DNA of 64,000 bases from an uncultured Pseudobdellovibrionaceae bacterium (lineage in GTDB: Bacteria; Bdellovibrionota; Bdellovibrionia; Bdellovibrionales; Bdellovibrionaceae), in contig CAZZMS010000090.1 of assembly GCA_964655485.1 (NCBI GenBank), positions 3,053 through 67,052 of the forward strand, written 5' to 3'. The translations under genes were made by a program, and so were the position numbers. Positions 47,400 to 57,326 of the stretch are shown piece after piece (the stretch's first letter is position 1; each line of letters opens with the position of its first letter). The notes below the pieces were generated by a model, which searched no databases, was not told the origin of the DNA, and saw only the letters and a program-made list of their open reading frames with translations.

Positions 47400-48761
47400 A
47401 TGAATGTTAGTGTAAAAATCCCACAAGTGGGTGAGTCAGTAACCGAAGCGACCATCAGTGCTTGGTTAGTCAAGGACGGTGATATCGTTCGAAAAAATCA
47501 AGAGCTACTCTCGTTGGAAACGGACAAGGCCTCTGTGGAGGTCGTGGCAGAAGCCGATGGGCGTATTCAAATTCGCGTGCCCGCCGGTCAAGTGATCGCC
47601 GTGGGCGCGGAGGTGGCAGTGATTGATACTTCTGTTTCTGTCCCTGCGGATCAAGCCGCTCACCAAAAAACGACCACCGGAACTGCTCCTACTTCCGCTC
47701 CAGCAGGGGGTACGGCCGGAGCTTCTTCAAATCACTCTCAAGGGGGTTCTGTGGGTTTAAGAGTGCCGCCGGCCCACGCGGAATTAAGATCTCATTTATC
47801 CCCGGCAGTGAATCGCTTGGTTCATGAAAATCAAATGGATCCCAGCGGGATCGAAGGTACTGGGCGTGGCGGACGTTTGACCAAGGGTGACGTCATGGCA
47901 GCACTTTCCGTGAGAGCACAAACTGGGAACGCGGCCCCGGCTGTTTCAGATCCAGTCAAGGTGGCATCTACGACAAGTCATCAGGCTTTGGTAGCACCCT
48001 CTACGTCGGTAACACCGTCGATCGGCACTAGGGCTTCGGTGAGTGTCTCCGAGGAGGGGCAAGGTCGTCAAACACGCGTGCCGATGACCACTATTCGTAA
48101 GCGAATTGCTGAGCGCTTGGTGCAATCGCAGCAGACCACAGCAACTTTGACGACTTTCAATGAAATCGATATGTCGCGAGTGAATGAGATCCGCGCGAAA
48201 TACAAAGATAAATTCAAAGAGAAATATGGCATCAGTCTAGGGTTTATGGGCTTTTTTGCCAAGGCTGCCATTGAGGCACTCAAGGCTTGGCCGCAAGTGA
48301 ATGCGTTTATTGATGGTCAAGATATTGTTTACAACCACTATGTCCATTTGGGTATTGCAGTGAGCACCGATAAGGGGCTTATGGTACCGGTCATTCGTGA
48401 TGCTGACAAAATGACTATTCCGCAAATTGAAATGGCCATTCGTGATTTCGCCCTTAAAGCTCGCGAAAATAAAATTACTGTAAGCGACTTGCAAGGGGGA
48501 ACCTTCACGATTTCCAATGGGGGTGTTTTTGGCTCGCTAATGTCCACACCGATTTTAAATCCCCCACAGACTGGGATTTTGGGCTTACATAAGGTGCAAG
48601 ACCGCCCGGTTGTGGTGGATGGTCAGATTGTCATCCGCCCCATGATGTATGTGGCTCTGTCATATGATCATCGCATGATTGACGGAAAAGAGGCGGTAAG
48701 TTTTCTTGTGAAAATTAAAGAAAGTATGGAGGATCCTGAAAGAATGTTACTGGAGATTTAA
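47400..48761 (+). CDS. sucB: dihydrolipoyllysine-residue succinyltransferase (E2o)
   Basis: Lipoyl domain [10 protein letters not shown], Ala/Pro linker, E3-binding domain, and catalytic SYDHRMIDG. Confidence 0.9.
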   Translation: MNVSVKIPQVGESVTEATISAWLVKDGDIVRKNQELLSLETDKASVEVVAEADGRIQIRVPAGQVIAVGAEVAVIDTSVSVPADQAAHQKTTTGTAPTSAPAGGTAGASSNHSQGGSVGLRVPPAHAELRSHLSPAVNRLVHENQMDPSGIEGTGRGGRLTKGDVMAALSVRAQTGNAAPAVSDPVKVASTTSHQALVAPSTSVTPSIGTRASVSVSEEGQGRQTRVPMTTIRKRIAERLVQSQQTTATLTTFNEIDMSRVNEIRAKYKDKFKEKYGISLGFMGFFAKAAIEALKAWPQVNAFIDGQDIVYNHYVHLGIAVSTDKGLMVPVIRDADKMTIPQIEMAIRDFALKARENKITVSDLQGGTFTISNGGVFGSLMSTPILNPPQTGILGLHKVQDRPVVVDGQIVIRPMMYVALSYDHRMIDGKEAVSFLVKIKESMEDPERMLLEI

Positions 48762-48934
48762 TATCTCCTTATTTGGGTAACGGAATAGAGGGATTCTTGA
48801 GGTGTTACTCAACGTAGATCATGGGCAGGATCTCTGAGTTCTGGGTTACACCTAGAGGGTAACAGAGGTATCAAACTTTATGAAGTTTGATAGACATTTA
48901 ACAGGGAAATTTCTTTTGTAGAAAGGTCACACCT

Positions 48935-50350
48935 ATGACGACTCAAGAATTTGATGTGATTTTTATTGGAGCAGGGCCGGGAGGTTACGTAGGGGCGATT
49001 CGCGCAGCCCAACTGGGCTTAAAAACGGCGGTGGTCGAGAAACGCCCTACATTTGGGGGGACTTGTCTTAATGTGGGATGCATTCCTTCGAAAGCTCTTT
49101 TAGAATCCAGCGAGCTTTTTGCGATGGCGGGGCATGAGTTTTCGGGGCATGGGATTGAGGTGGAAAAGCCCAAGCTGAACTTAGCCCAAATGATGGCGCG
49201 AAAAGATAAGATCGTAAAGGATCTCACTCAAGGTATTGGGTTTTTGTTTAAGAAGAACAAAATTACGGCGTTTACGGGGCGTGGTTATCTCAAGGATTCC
49301 AAAACAGTGGAAGTTTTGGATGAGCAAGGTCAGGTGATTCAGTCTTTGCGGGCGACCAAGGGAATTGTGCTAGCTACAGGAAGTGTCCCCAATTCCTTGC
49401 CGGGAGTAAGCATCACAGAAAAACACGTGGTCAGTTCCACCGGGGCTTTATCTTTTGAGCAAGTTCCCGAGCGTTTGATTGTGATTGGTGGGGGAGTGAT
49501 TGGGCTGGAGTTAGGCAGTGTTTGGGCACGTTTAGGCTCCCAAGTAGAGGTCATCGAGTATGCCGCGCAGATTTGTCCCTTCGTGGATGGGGAAGTGATC
49601 AAAGTTTTTCGCCGAAGTTTAGAAAAGCAAGGTCTCAAGTTCCATACCTCCATGCAGGTGTTAAGTGTTACCGAAACAGAGACAGGAACCGAAGTGGTCG
49701 CCCGTTCCTTAGGGGATGGTGTAGAGCATAAGTGGGCCGCAAATAAAGTTTTAGTTGCCACGGGGCGCAAACCTTATAGTGAAGGATTGGGGCTTGAGAA
49801 TGTGGGGCTTAAGGTGAATGCGCGCGGGCAAATGGAAGTGGATAAGCATTTCCAAACAGCGGTGGCTGGTATTTATGCTATTGGTGATTTGATCCCTGGG
49901 CCTATGTTGGCTCACAAAGCGGAAGAAGAGGGTGTGGCCGTGGCAGAGATTTTGGCGGGTCACTATGGACACGTGAATTACGATACCTGTCCTTCCGTCA
50001 TTTATACGGCTCCTGAGGTAGCATGGGTTGGTCCAACAGAGGAAACTCTCCAGGCGCAAGGGGTACCTTATCGGAGTGGTAAATTCTTATTTGCGGCCAA
50101 CGGGCGCGCGAAAGCCTTGGGGCAAACCGAAGGTTTTGTTAAAATCCTAGCGCATAAAGAAACGGATCGAATTTTAGCAGGTCATATTATTGGTCCTCGC
50201 GCCAGTGAGTTACTGGGAGAAGTTGTGGTAGCCATGGAGTTTGGTGGTTCCAGCGAGGATCTTGCGCGAAGTTTTCATGCCCATCCCACTTTGAACGAAG
50301 TGATCCGTGAGGCGGCCTTGGGGGTAGATGGGCGAATAAGGCAGAGTTAG
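48935..50350 (+). CDS. lpdA: dihydrolipoyl dehydrogenase (E3)
   Basis: GAGPGGY FAD fold, redox-active GGTCLNVGCIPSK, C-terminal HAHPTLNE. Confidence 0.9.
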   Translation: MTTQEFDVIFIGAGPGGYVGAIRAAQLGLKTAVVEKRPTFGGTCLNVGCIPSKALLESSELFAMAGHEFSGHGIEVEKPKLNLAQMMARKDKIVKDLTQGIGFLFKKNKITAFTGRGYLKDSKTVEVLDEQGQVIQSLRATKGIVLATGSVPNSLPGVSITEKHVVSSTGALSFEQVPERLIVIGGGVIGLELGSVWARLGSQVEVIEYAAQICPFVDGEVIKVFRRSLEKQGLKFHTSMQVLSVTETETGTEVVARSLGDGVEHKWAANKVLVATGRKPYSEGLGLENVGLKVNARGQMEVDKHFQTAVAGIYAIGDLIPGPMLAHKAEEEGVAVAEILAGHYGHVNYDTCPSVIYTAPEVAWVGPTEETLQAQGVPYRSGKFLFAANGRAKALGQTEGFVKILAHKETDRILAGHIIGPRASELLGEVVVAMEFGGSSEDLARSFHAHPTLNEVIREAALGVDGRIRQS

Positions 50351-50368
50351 CACTGCCTTGAGTTTTTT
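50338..50368 (+). terminator. Rho-independent terminator overlapping the lpdA stop
   Basis: AAGGCAG (50338-50344) pairs with CTGCCTT (50353-50359) around an 8-nt loop, followed by GAGTTTTTT. Confidence 0.55.
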
Positions 50369-50779
50369 AATAAATTCTCCAAAGAATCGGAAGATCCATT
50401 AAAAACATACGTAAGTATGGCTTTTGAAGTTAGAGTGTGGATAGGTAAAGGATAAATAATAAAAGGACATTTTCATGCGTTAATCAGTCCGCGAATACGA
50501 GTGTTTTTAACTGAAATACAAAGTTTCATTTGTGCACTCCCTATTTTTTAAGTAACAAAAGGTAATTTTTTACTAAAACGTTCATTAGGTGCTCACGAGC
50601 GAATCAAGGAGATTTTTTCTTGACTGCAGGTCATTCATACGAGTCGAGGCTGATTTATTCTATTCCGACTTAAAATGTACACCAGTGTTGTATTTTGTTA
50701 TTTCTGGTAACAAAATAATCTCCGGGATTTTGATAAAATTTGTTCAAAAACCGGGAGAAACGATGTGTCTTGAGTGACA

Positions 50780-50902
50780 CCGCCTCTGGCTTTTTCTTTT
50801 CGACCGGAGGCCTCTGCACCATGGATGGTCAAGGGCTTTAAGCCCTTTGCAGCTTGAGCCAAGGAGGGCGTGCCCCGGGTGAAAAGAAAAAGCCAGAGGC
50901 GG
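50780..50902. repeat. 123-nt element closed by a perfect 22-bp inverted repeat with structured interior
   Basis: CCGCCTCTGGCTTTTTCTTTTC (50780-50801) is the exact reverse complement of GAAAAGAAAAAGCCAGAGGCGG (50881-50902). The interior holds further palindromes (GAGGCCTC, CCATGG, AAGGGCTT-T-AAGCCCTT, CTGCA/TGCAG). Confidence 0.8.
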
Positions 50903-50941
50903 CGATGGTTCATGAAAATGGAATTATTCAGGGTCATTTAA

Positions 50942-51697
50942 CTAAATTTTTGTGGCTAAATACAGGTAACAAATTCCTGGCGGAAATAATGGTTTGCATC
51001 TAAAATCCGTCAAACGAGGCTCAAATTTAAGCCATTTTAAAAACTCTTCGCCCGCAGGAAAGTGCGCAGAGCTTTTTTGTAAGTATTCGTAAGCCTCAGG
51101 CTTTTGAGTAATAAGCCCGCCAATTTGTGGTAACAATCGATGGGAGTACCAGGCATAAAATTTGTCCCATAATCCCCGACTGGTGCGTGTTTCATGGCCA
51201 AACTCTAGGATGCATAACTGGCCGCCGGGCTTTAGGACACGAGTCATTTCCGCTACCGCTCGCGCGGGATCTTCCACATTACGAATCCCAAAGGAAATAC
51301 TCACAATATCAAAACTTTCGTCAGAAAAAGGTAAACGTGTCACGTCGGCCCACTGAAAATGAATATTTTTAACTCCCGCTTTCTTAGCTTTTCCCGGAGC
51401 CAAAGACAACATAGGCTCACAAAAATCCACCCCGATGACTTCACTGGCCTGGTTACCTAATTCACGTTGAAACGCAATCGCCAAGTCCCCCGTTCCTGTC
51501 GCACAGTCAAGAATGCGCTGACCAGGTTTGGCCCCACTGGCTTCAATTAGTTTCTTACGCCAATAGTGATGAATTCCCAAAGAAAGGACTTGATTAGCCA
51601 TATCGTATCGCGAGGCGATACTTGCAAACATGGTTTGCACCCGTTCGGCTTTGGGTTTGTGGCTGGAAGTGGGGGAGGAGGTAAGTTCTGATTTCAT
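50942..51697 (-). CDS. ubiE: demethylmenaquinone/ubiquinone C-methyltransferase
   Basis: FASIASRYDMANQVLSLGIHHYWRKK UbiE/MenG signature and SAM motif ILDCATGTGD. Confidence 0.85.
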   Translation of the reverse strand: MKSELTSSPTSSHKPKAERVQTMFASIASRYDMANQVLSLGIHHYWRKKLIEASGAKPGQRILDCATGTGDLAIAFQRELGNQASEVIGVDFCEPMLSLAPGKAKKAGVKNIHFQWADVTRLPFSDESFDIVSISFGIRNVEDPARAVAEMTRVLKPGGQLCILEFGHETRTSRGLWDKFYAWYSHRLLPQIGGLITQKPEAYEYLQKSSAHFPAGEEFLKWLKFEPRLTDFRCKPLFPPGICYLYLATKI

Positions 51698-51856
51698 AAA
51701 TGTCCTCTACAGGAATAACATTTTCTGCGCTGATCTTTTTGCAGTTTTACGTAGCTATTATTTTTTGCGTTATTTCTCATGGCGAATTTCCCAATCCCCC
51801 AATCTCTTCTTTAAGCTATGGCTTTTTCTGATCACATCTTAAGAAGCTTATGCGGT

Positions 51857-52792
51857 TTAGGGTTCAGAGGTGCAAACGACAGCACTCTTTACGGAACTGG
51901 TTTCTAAGCTTCCGTCCGCAGAAGAGAGAGGAATTTCTTGACCTCGACGGGCATACCAATCCTCGAAGCTAAGAGCCCAACGGCGTTGGACTATGGGTAA
52001 CATTTTATCAATTTGTCGCATTAACTCCTTAAAGCTCTCCAGACTCATGCTCTGTCGGCCATCACTGAGAGCGGCGTCTGGTTGTGGATGCACTTCGATA
52101 AGTAGACCATCCAACCCAGCGGCGACCGTCGCCAGCGCCAGAGCCGGCACGTATTCGCGTAAGCCCACAGCATGAGAGGGATCTACAAGGACTGGCAGTC
52201 CTGAACGCTGTTTCGCGATTAAAGCCCCGTTGAGGTCAAAAGTAAACCGAGAACTTGTCTCAAAGGTGCGAATGCCCCGCTCGCAAAGCACCACGGGGGA
52301 TCGCCCCCTTTGAAGGTACTCGCTTGCTTTTAGCCATTCATCCACCGTGGCGCTAAAGGCCCGCTTAAAAACTACAGGCTTATCGTAGAGGCTTAGCTCC
52401 TTAAGCAGGCTATAGTTATACATATTTCGCGCTCCCACCTGGAAGCTATGCACCCAAGGCAACAAGAACTCAATCTGGCGAGGATCTGTGACCTCCGTCA
52501 CAAGACCCAAACCACGGTCGCGGAGGTTCTGTAATAAGGGTAGAGCCTCTTCGCCTAAGCCTTGGAAGGAACGCGGATCTGTGCGTAATTTCCACACCCC
52601 GCCACGCATTAAAAACAATTGAGAGGATTTTAATAGCTCGATGATGGGCTTTAGTTGTTCCTGACTTTCTAGCGAGCAGGGCCCCGCAATCACCAAAAAA
52701 GCATGCTGGCCTCGTTCGGGGATACTCGGAATATCTCCGGTTTTCTTGACTCCTGCAGTGGAAGGCAGCTCTTTGTTTACCCCGCTACGCAT
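51857..52792 (-). CDS. 3-deoxy-7-phosphoheptulonate (DAHP) synthase, class I-beta type
   Basis: VIAGPCSLES, WKLRTDPRSFQGLG, QVGARNMYNY, LCERGIRTFE, VDPSHAVG motifs. Confidence 0.8.
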   Translation of the reverse strand: MRSGVNKELPSTAGVKKTGDIPSIPERGQHAFLVIAGPCSLESQEQLKPIIELLKSSQLFLMRGGVWKLRTDPRSFQGLGEEALPLLQNLRDRGLGLVTEVTDPRQIEFLLPWVHSFQVGARNMYNYSLLKELSLYDKPVVFKRAFSATVDEWLKASEYLQRGRSPVVLCERGIRTFETSSRFTFDLNGALIAKQRSGLPVLVDPSHAVGLREYVPALALATVAAGLDGLLIEVHPQPDAALSDGRQSMSLESFKELMRQIDKMLPIVQRRWALSFEDWYARRGQEIPLSSADGSLETSSVKSAVVCTSEP

Positions 52793-52854
52793 ACCTGTTA
52801 CTCTAACGAAACTAAGGAATTTTCTCCAGTGAAAAGCTGAAACTAGGATGGGAC

Positions 52855-53964
52855 ATGGGGCTTGACAAGAAAAATCTCACCACTCTTGCCTTTTGGGCTC
52901 ACCAGGAAAAAGGCCTTCTCTTTGCCGAAGGTGGAGAGCAAGAGCTAGGGGGAAAGGTGGGATTTTGTTTGGTTTCGGATTTTTTTGTGCGTGAGTCTGT
53001 AACATACTCGGGCTGGGTGCGTCAGGCGCAAGGAGAGTCTGAGCTTAGGGGGCTTGTATCCAAGGTCGAGGAGCTTTTATCCCACTTCGCTTCCTCTGAT
53101 TCGCAGGGTGTTATCACAGGGGCTAATCTGAAATACACCATGAGCCCACCCGACCGCGAGTCTTGGGGGCAGCAGTGGCAGTGGTTTTGTGCGCAAACTC
53201 GCATCCAAAAAGCTGTCCTTGTGAGCGGGCGAGAGTCTTTGATTTGGGATGAGGTTTGGTTGCTGGATTGGTGGCAAAGGGCTTGGCGTGAGTTCCAAAA
53301 AAATCCTAAGCTTTGGCTTTATTTTTGGTGGGATCCCCAGCAACAAAAGGGAGCCATAGGTCTGAGTCCGGAGGTTCTTTTTGTATCTCCCCAGCCCGGG
53401 GTTTATCAAAGTTTGGCCGTGGCGGGCACTTGGTCCCCGCGAGACTCTTTGAGCGAGCACGAACAGAAAAAACTAAAAGCTGAACATGAGCTGGTGGTTG
53501 AGGATTTAAAGAACAAGCTCAGGGATCAATCAGATTTGCGTGTGAGCTCTCCCGAGGTGTTTCGCTTTTCCGAACAGTTGCAACACTGGAAAAGCTCGGT
53601 GGAATGGCAAAAGGCGGCTAATTTGACGTGGCCTTCGCGTGTGAACGAGGCAAGATATTGGCAATCGCGGCTTCACCCCACAGCAGCGGTTGGGGTCTTG
53701 TCTTCTGACCTCGATCGCTGGCGCGAACTAGAATCCCTTCCTGAGCAAGGCCAGCGCAAATGGTATGGCGCTCCTTTAACTTTGGTGACTGAAAATATCA
53801 TGTGGTCAGTGGTGATGATCCGTGGTGTTTTTTGGGAAGGCAAGAGAGTATTTTCTTTCGTCGGTGGTGGGGTGCTACCCGAAAGTGAGCCAGAGCTTGA
53901 GTGGCAAGAGCTACAAAGAAAGTGGGCTTGGCTGGAGCGAGTCTTTTTCAAAGAGGGCTTATGA
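52855..53964 (+). CDS. menF: isochorismate synthase
   Basis: Chorismate-binding C-terminal motifs RLHPTAAVG, YGAPL, IRGVFWEG, VGGGVLPESEPELEWQE. Confidence 0.75.
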   Translation: MGLDKKNLTTLAFWAHQEKGLLFAEGGEQELGGKVGFCLVSDFFVRESVTYSGWVRQAQGESELRGLVSKVEELLSHFASSDSQGVITGANLKYTMSPPDRESWGQQWQWFCAQTRIQKAVLVSGRESLIWDEVWLLDWWQRAWREFQKNPKLWLYFWWDPQQQKGAIGLSPEVLFVSPQPGVYQSLAVAGTWSPRDSLSEHEQKKLKAEHELVVEDLKNKLRDQSDLRVSSPEVFRFSEQLQHWKSSVEWQKAANLTWPSRVNEARYWQSRLHPTAAVGVLSSDLDRWRELESLPEQGQRKWYGAPLTLVTENIMWSVVMIRGVFWEGKRVFSFVGGGVLPESEPELEWQELQRKWAWLERVFFKEGL

Positions 53965-55661
53965 ATCAACATTTAGAAAGGCTCAAAGATGAGCTTAAGT
54001 CCCTAGGGGTGCGATATTTAGTCTACGCTCCTGGGGCGCGTAACGTGCGAATCTTGCAAATGGTGGCGCAAGAGTTCGAGCTGCTGGCCCACCCTGATGA
54101 GCGATCAGCGGCTTTTTTTGCATTGGGACTTAATGCGGCTTCAGAGCGGCTCGTAGCTGTCTTGCTGGTAACATCTGGGACAGCCGTTAGCGAGTGTTAC
54201 TCGGCTCTCATTGAAGCCTATTACAGTAGGATACCTTTTTTGATCCTTACAGCCGACCGCCCGAGGCGTTACCAAGGCAGAGGAACCCCTCAAACCATCG
54301 ATCAAGTGGGGATCTTTGCAAACTACGCTCACGTGTTTTCTTTTGCTGATACGGATGGGTCTATTGATTGGTCTAAACTTCAAGACTCAGTGTATCGACG
54401 AGATAAGCCGGTTCAAGTGAACGTATTTCTCGAAGATCCTTCGCGCGTCGGTGGGATGGGTAACCAAAGGAGGGAGCGATCAGCCTCTTTAGAGTTATCT
54501 CGCCTCCTGGTTGTGGTGGGGGAGCTCTCTCCTTCTCAAAGAGACTTTGTGCGGATGGTACTTGCCCGTTGGCGGCAAAAGGTAACAGATGCATTTTGGT
54601 TAGTTTGTGAGCCCCTCAGTGGGCTGCGTTCTGAGGCACAGGAGTTATGGGGGGGAGATTTTGTTGTGCCCTCTTTGATGGAGCGAGGGCTTGTGCAGGG
54701 AGTGATTAAAATTGGTGGTTGTCCCGTGAATTCGTGGTGGCGAGATCTCGAGGAAAAGTATGGGGATATCCCGGTTTGGAGCTTTGGGGACTATCCTTGG
54801 CCGCATTTGGCCCGTGAAGTTCAGTTTCATGGAGGATTGGCTCTTTTATCCGAGTGGGGATTTAGCCATCCCAATCCAGACGAGGGAGGCATGGCAAGAT
54901 TTATTCGGGTTGCCCCCCACCAAGAAGGATCTGGGATGGAGCCGAGAGTGGATTTTTTTCGAGAGCTTGAGGTGGATGGTCGAGCTAGCCTTCAAGCGTA
55001 TGCCCGCCCTTTCCGGGGTGATGATCGCTCAAGTCAGTTACCTTCTTTCTCTGATTTATTACCGTGGCTCTTGCGATTTGAGGATTCCGAGTGGTCTTGG
55101 GTCAGGCGCTGGTGCGAATGGGCGCAGGGGAGTTCTGTTTATCTGGGTAACTCTTTACCCGTGCGGCATTTTGATTTGCTGTCTTTTGGTTTAAGTTACC
55201 AAGCCGTGTGGGCACACCGGGGGGCCAATGGCATTGATGGGCAAATTTCTGGTTTTTTGGGCCGGGTGAAAAGCGTATTAGACATAACTACGGGGGGGCG
55301 ATTTCAAGCTTTACTGGGTGACCTCACCGCTTTTTACGATCTGCAAAGTATCTGGTGGATGCGTAGTCTGCATGAGCTAGCTTGCAACAAGGGAGCGCAA
55401 ATTGGAGTTTTTATTTTAAACAACTATGGGGGACAAATTTTTCGTCAGGTGCCCGATAGTGAGCGTATGGTGTTACCTCACGAGATAGATTACTCGGCTT
55501 GGGTGAAAATGATGGACATTCCTTTTGAGCGGCTGGGGCCAGCCCTTTGCCAAATTCCCTCTTTTGTTGGCGTAAAGGTCTTCGAAATTCAGGTGAACAA
55601 TACCGCTCAAGAGCAGCTGGAAAAGGGGTGGCGAGAGTGGATAAAAAACTGTGGATCTTAA
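53961..55661 (+). CDS. menD: SEPHCHC synthase (2-succinyl-5-enolpyruvyl-6-hydroxy-3-cyclohexene-1-carboxylate synthase)
   Basis: TPP-enzyme layout with SGTAVSE and GDLTAFYDL...NNYGGQIF (GDx-N24-NN). ATG at 53961 overlaps the menF stop (ATGA). Confidence 0.8.
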   Translation: MNQHLERLKDELKSLGVRYLVYAPGARNVRILQMVAQEFELLAHPDERSAAFFALGLNAASERLVAVLLVTSGTAVSECYSALIEAYYSRIPFLILTADRPRRYQGRGTPQTIDQVGIFANYAHVFSFADTDGSIDWSKLQDSVYRRDKPVQVNVFLEDPSRVGGMGNQRRERSASLELSRLLVVVGELSPSQRDFVRMVLARWRQKVTDAFWLVCEPLSGLRSEAQELWGGDFVVPSLMERGLVQGVIKIGGCPVNSWWRDLEEKYGDIPVWSFGDYPWPHLAREVQFHGGLALLSEWGFSHPNPDEGGMARFIRVAPHQEGSGMEPRVDFFRELEVDGRASLQAYARPFRGDDRSSQLPSFSDLLPWLLRFEDSEWSWVRRWCEWAQGSSVYLGNSLPVRHFDLLSFGLSYQAVWAHRGANGIDGQISGFLGRVKSVLDITTGGRFQALLGDLTAFYDLQSIWWMRSLHELACNKGAQIGVFILNNYGGQIFRQVPDSERMVLPHEIDYSAWVKMMDIPFERLGPALCQIPSFVGVKVFEIQVNNTAQEQLEKGWREWIKNCGS

Positions 55662-56461
55662 GTCCTGGCTTCATGGGGACTTGTGGGGATTTGTTCCCGC
55701 TTTTGCCCGAGACTTCTGTGGATTTGTGCAAGTTTGGTGACGAAAAATTATCTCCCTTTCTTGATAGAGTCACAGAGCAAGATTTGCTCTTTGGAGCCAA
55801 CAATATCATAGGACTCAATCCCAACGATCCCACGCATTTTAAGTCATGGGATAGCCCCAAGCAGGATTATTTTGAATCGGCCATTTCGTTCATAAGATCG
55901 CAGAAGGGTTCGTTAAGAATTGGCCTGGGTTACTCCATGGGAGCTCGGATTTTGTTACAAATGATGGCCAAAGAGAATGAGTTGTTTGATGCCCTGATCC
56001 TGTTGTCGCCTCATCCCGGTTTGAGTTCGCAGGCGGAGCGTGTCATGCGATGGTATAATGATCAATCCTGGGCCCGCGCTCTGCTTGAGTGGCCTTGGAA
56101 AGAGTTCACCAAGTGTTGGAATGCTCAGCCTGTATTTGGCCCATCAGTTTTGGAGGCTTCATCCCCGAAGGCTTCGCCCACTTGGGAGGAGCGACAGCAC
56201 TGGGCTCGCGTGTTACTCTATTTTTCTCTGGCGCATCAGCCTGATCTGAGGCCCTGCTTGCAAAGCGCGAAACTGCCCATCTTGTGGTTAGTGGGGGCTT
56301 CTGATAAAAAGTTTGTGGATCTTGCTCAGAGTTTAGTGATACCCAACGGGGAAATCGGTGTCATCCCCGATGCTTATCATCGCTTGTTCAAAGATCAGCC
56401 AATTTTGGTAAAAACCAAGATCGGTGAATTTCTGAAAAATCGTCTAAACATTTCCTATTAA
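55637..56461 (+). CDS. menH: alpha/beta hydrolase, probable SHCHC synthase
   Basis: Nucleophile elbow GYSMGA and a C-terminal DAYHRLF His. Sits immediately after menD with an overlapping GTG start at 55637. Confidence 0.65.
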   Translation: MDKKLWILSPGFMGTCGDLFPLLPETSVDLCKFGDEKLSPFLDRVTEQDLLFGANNIIGLNPNDPTHFKSWDSPKQDYFESAISFIRSQKGSLRIGLGYSMGARILLQMMAKENELFDALILLSPHPGLSSQAERVMRWYNDQSWARALLEWPWKEFTKCWNAQPVFGPSVLEASSPKASPTWEERQHWARVLLYFSLAHQPDLRPCLQSAKLPILWLVGASDKKFVDLAQSLVIPNGEIGVIPDAYHRLFKDQPILVKTKIGEFLKNRLNISY

Positions 56462-56521
56462 GTTTTTTTTCAGGGATCCGACAAGACTAAGTGATAGGAT
56501 ATGACTTAAGGAGGATGCCCC

Positions 56522-57310
56522 ATGACCCAGTACTATGTTACCCAAAGAGGAAAACCAGTTGGCCCTTGGAGTGTAGAGCAAGTGTTGCAAGCCCTACGCA
56601 GGGGTGAGGTGTTACCTACTGACTACTATTTTGATCCAGAAAAAGGTGAGTGGCAGTTGGTGTTAACAAGTTCTTGGGTCCCAGAGGAGTTCAAGGTGTT
56701 ACCTAAGTTAGATCCTGATTTAAGCAAGGAGAAGCGAACGGCAGGTCTAGTTCCCGCCGATAAGCGGGAGTGGTTTATTTTTCGTGATAGTCGCCAATTT
56801 GGTCCTTACTCCTACTATGAGATGATTAAGCTTTTACAAACGAAGCAATTGTATGACTATGATTTTGTTTGGTCACCGGGGCTTAGTACTTGGGTGAAAT
56901 TGTATCAAATTCCCGAGTTCAGTAGCGACGTGATCCAAAAACTAGCTCGCTCCAGTGATCCTAATGTTTCCCAGGTTTTTTTTCGTCGTCGTTACCCGCG
57001 GGTCTCCCTCAAGCACAAGGCGTTCCTGCACAACAGTAAAAAATGGTGGAGCGTTGAAACCACAGAGGTGAGCGCGGGAGGAGTAGGTTTAGTCGTTCCA
57101 AAAACTGAGGATATTCAGGTGCGAGATCAGATGATTCTGCATTTAACCTCGGCGGCGCATGCGACTTTGCCGCCCTTTAATGCGCTTTGCGAGGTGGTAA
57201 GTATCAAACCTTACAGCGAGAATCAGCTGAAATTGGGCTTAAGTTTTGTGGCTTTGAATCAAGATATCCAACTGAACTTGAAGTTGTTCACTGAGAGAAA
57301 AGTCGCCTAA
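56522..57310 (+). CDS. tandem GYF_2-like domains fused to a PilZ c-di-GMP-binding domain
   Basis: Two copies of the GPxS..E...L...G.L.....W..G...W pattern (GPWSVEQVLQALRRGEV... and GPYSYYEMIKLLQTKQL...SPGLSTWVKL). Then RRRYPR and TEVSAGGVGL (PilZ RxxxR and D/NxSxxG). AAGGAGG SD. Confidence 0.7.
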   Translation: MTQYYVTQRGKPVGPWSVEQVLQALRRGEVLPTDYYFDPEKGEWQLVLTSSWVPEEFKVLPKLDPDLSKEKRTAGLVPADKREWFIFRDSRQFGPYSYYEMIKLLQTKQLYDYDFVWSPGLSTWVKLYQIPEFSSDVIQKLARSSDPNVSQVFFRRRYPRVSLKHKAFLHNSKKWWSVETTEVSAGGVGLVVPKTEDIQVRDQMILHLTSAAHATLPPFNALCEVVSIKPYSENQLKLGLSFVALNQDIQLNLKLFTERKVA

Positions 57311-57326
57311 TAGCCCTGGGAGTATC

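Noticed and set aside
48752-48776. Terminator or attenuator hairpin between sucB and lpdA
   Set aside because: The stem is only 6 bp and AT-rich (GGAGAT/ATCTCC), and the following tract is interrupted (TTATTT). sucAB-lpd are probably co-transcribed, so it is not annotated.
50780-50902. The inverted-repeat element as SRP (4.5S) RNA, 6S RNA or an integron attC site
   Set aside because: It has no GGAA tetraloop or AGCA/CAGG helix-8 motif of SRP RNA on either strand. It is too short and too perfectly paired for 6S RNA. It has no GTTRRRY core sites and there is no integrase nearby. It is kept only as an unexplained repeat.
50589-50937. ORF-track candidates of 62 aa (plus strand) and 79 aa (minus strand) in the lpdA-ubiE gap
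   Set aside because: Neither has a convincing SD. The 79-aa frame runs straight through the 22-bp inverted repeat and its palindromic interior, so the open frame is more likely incidental.
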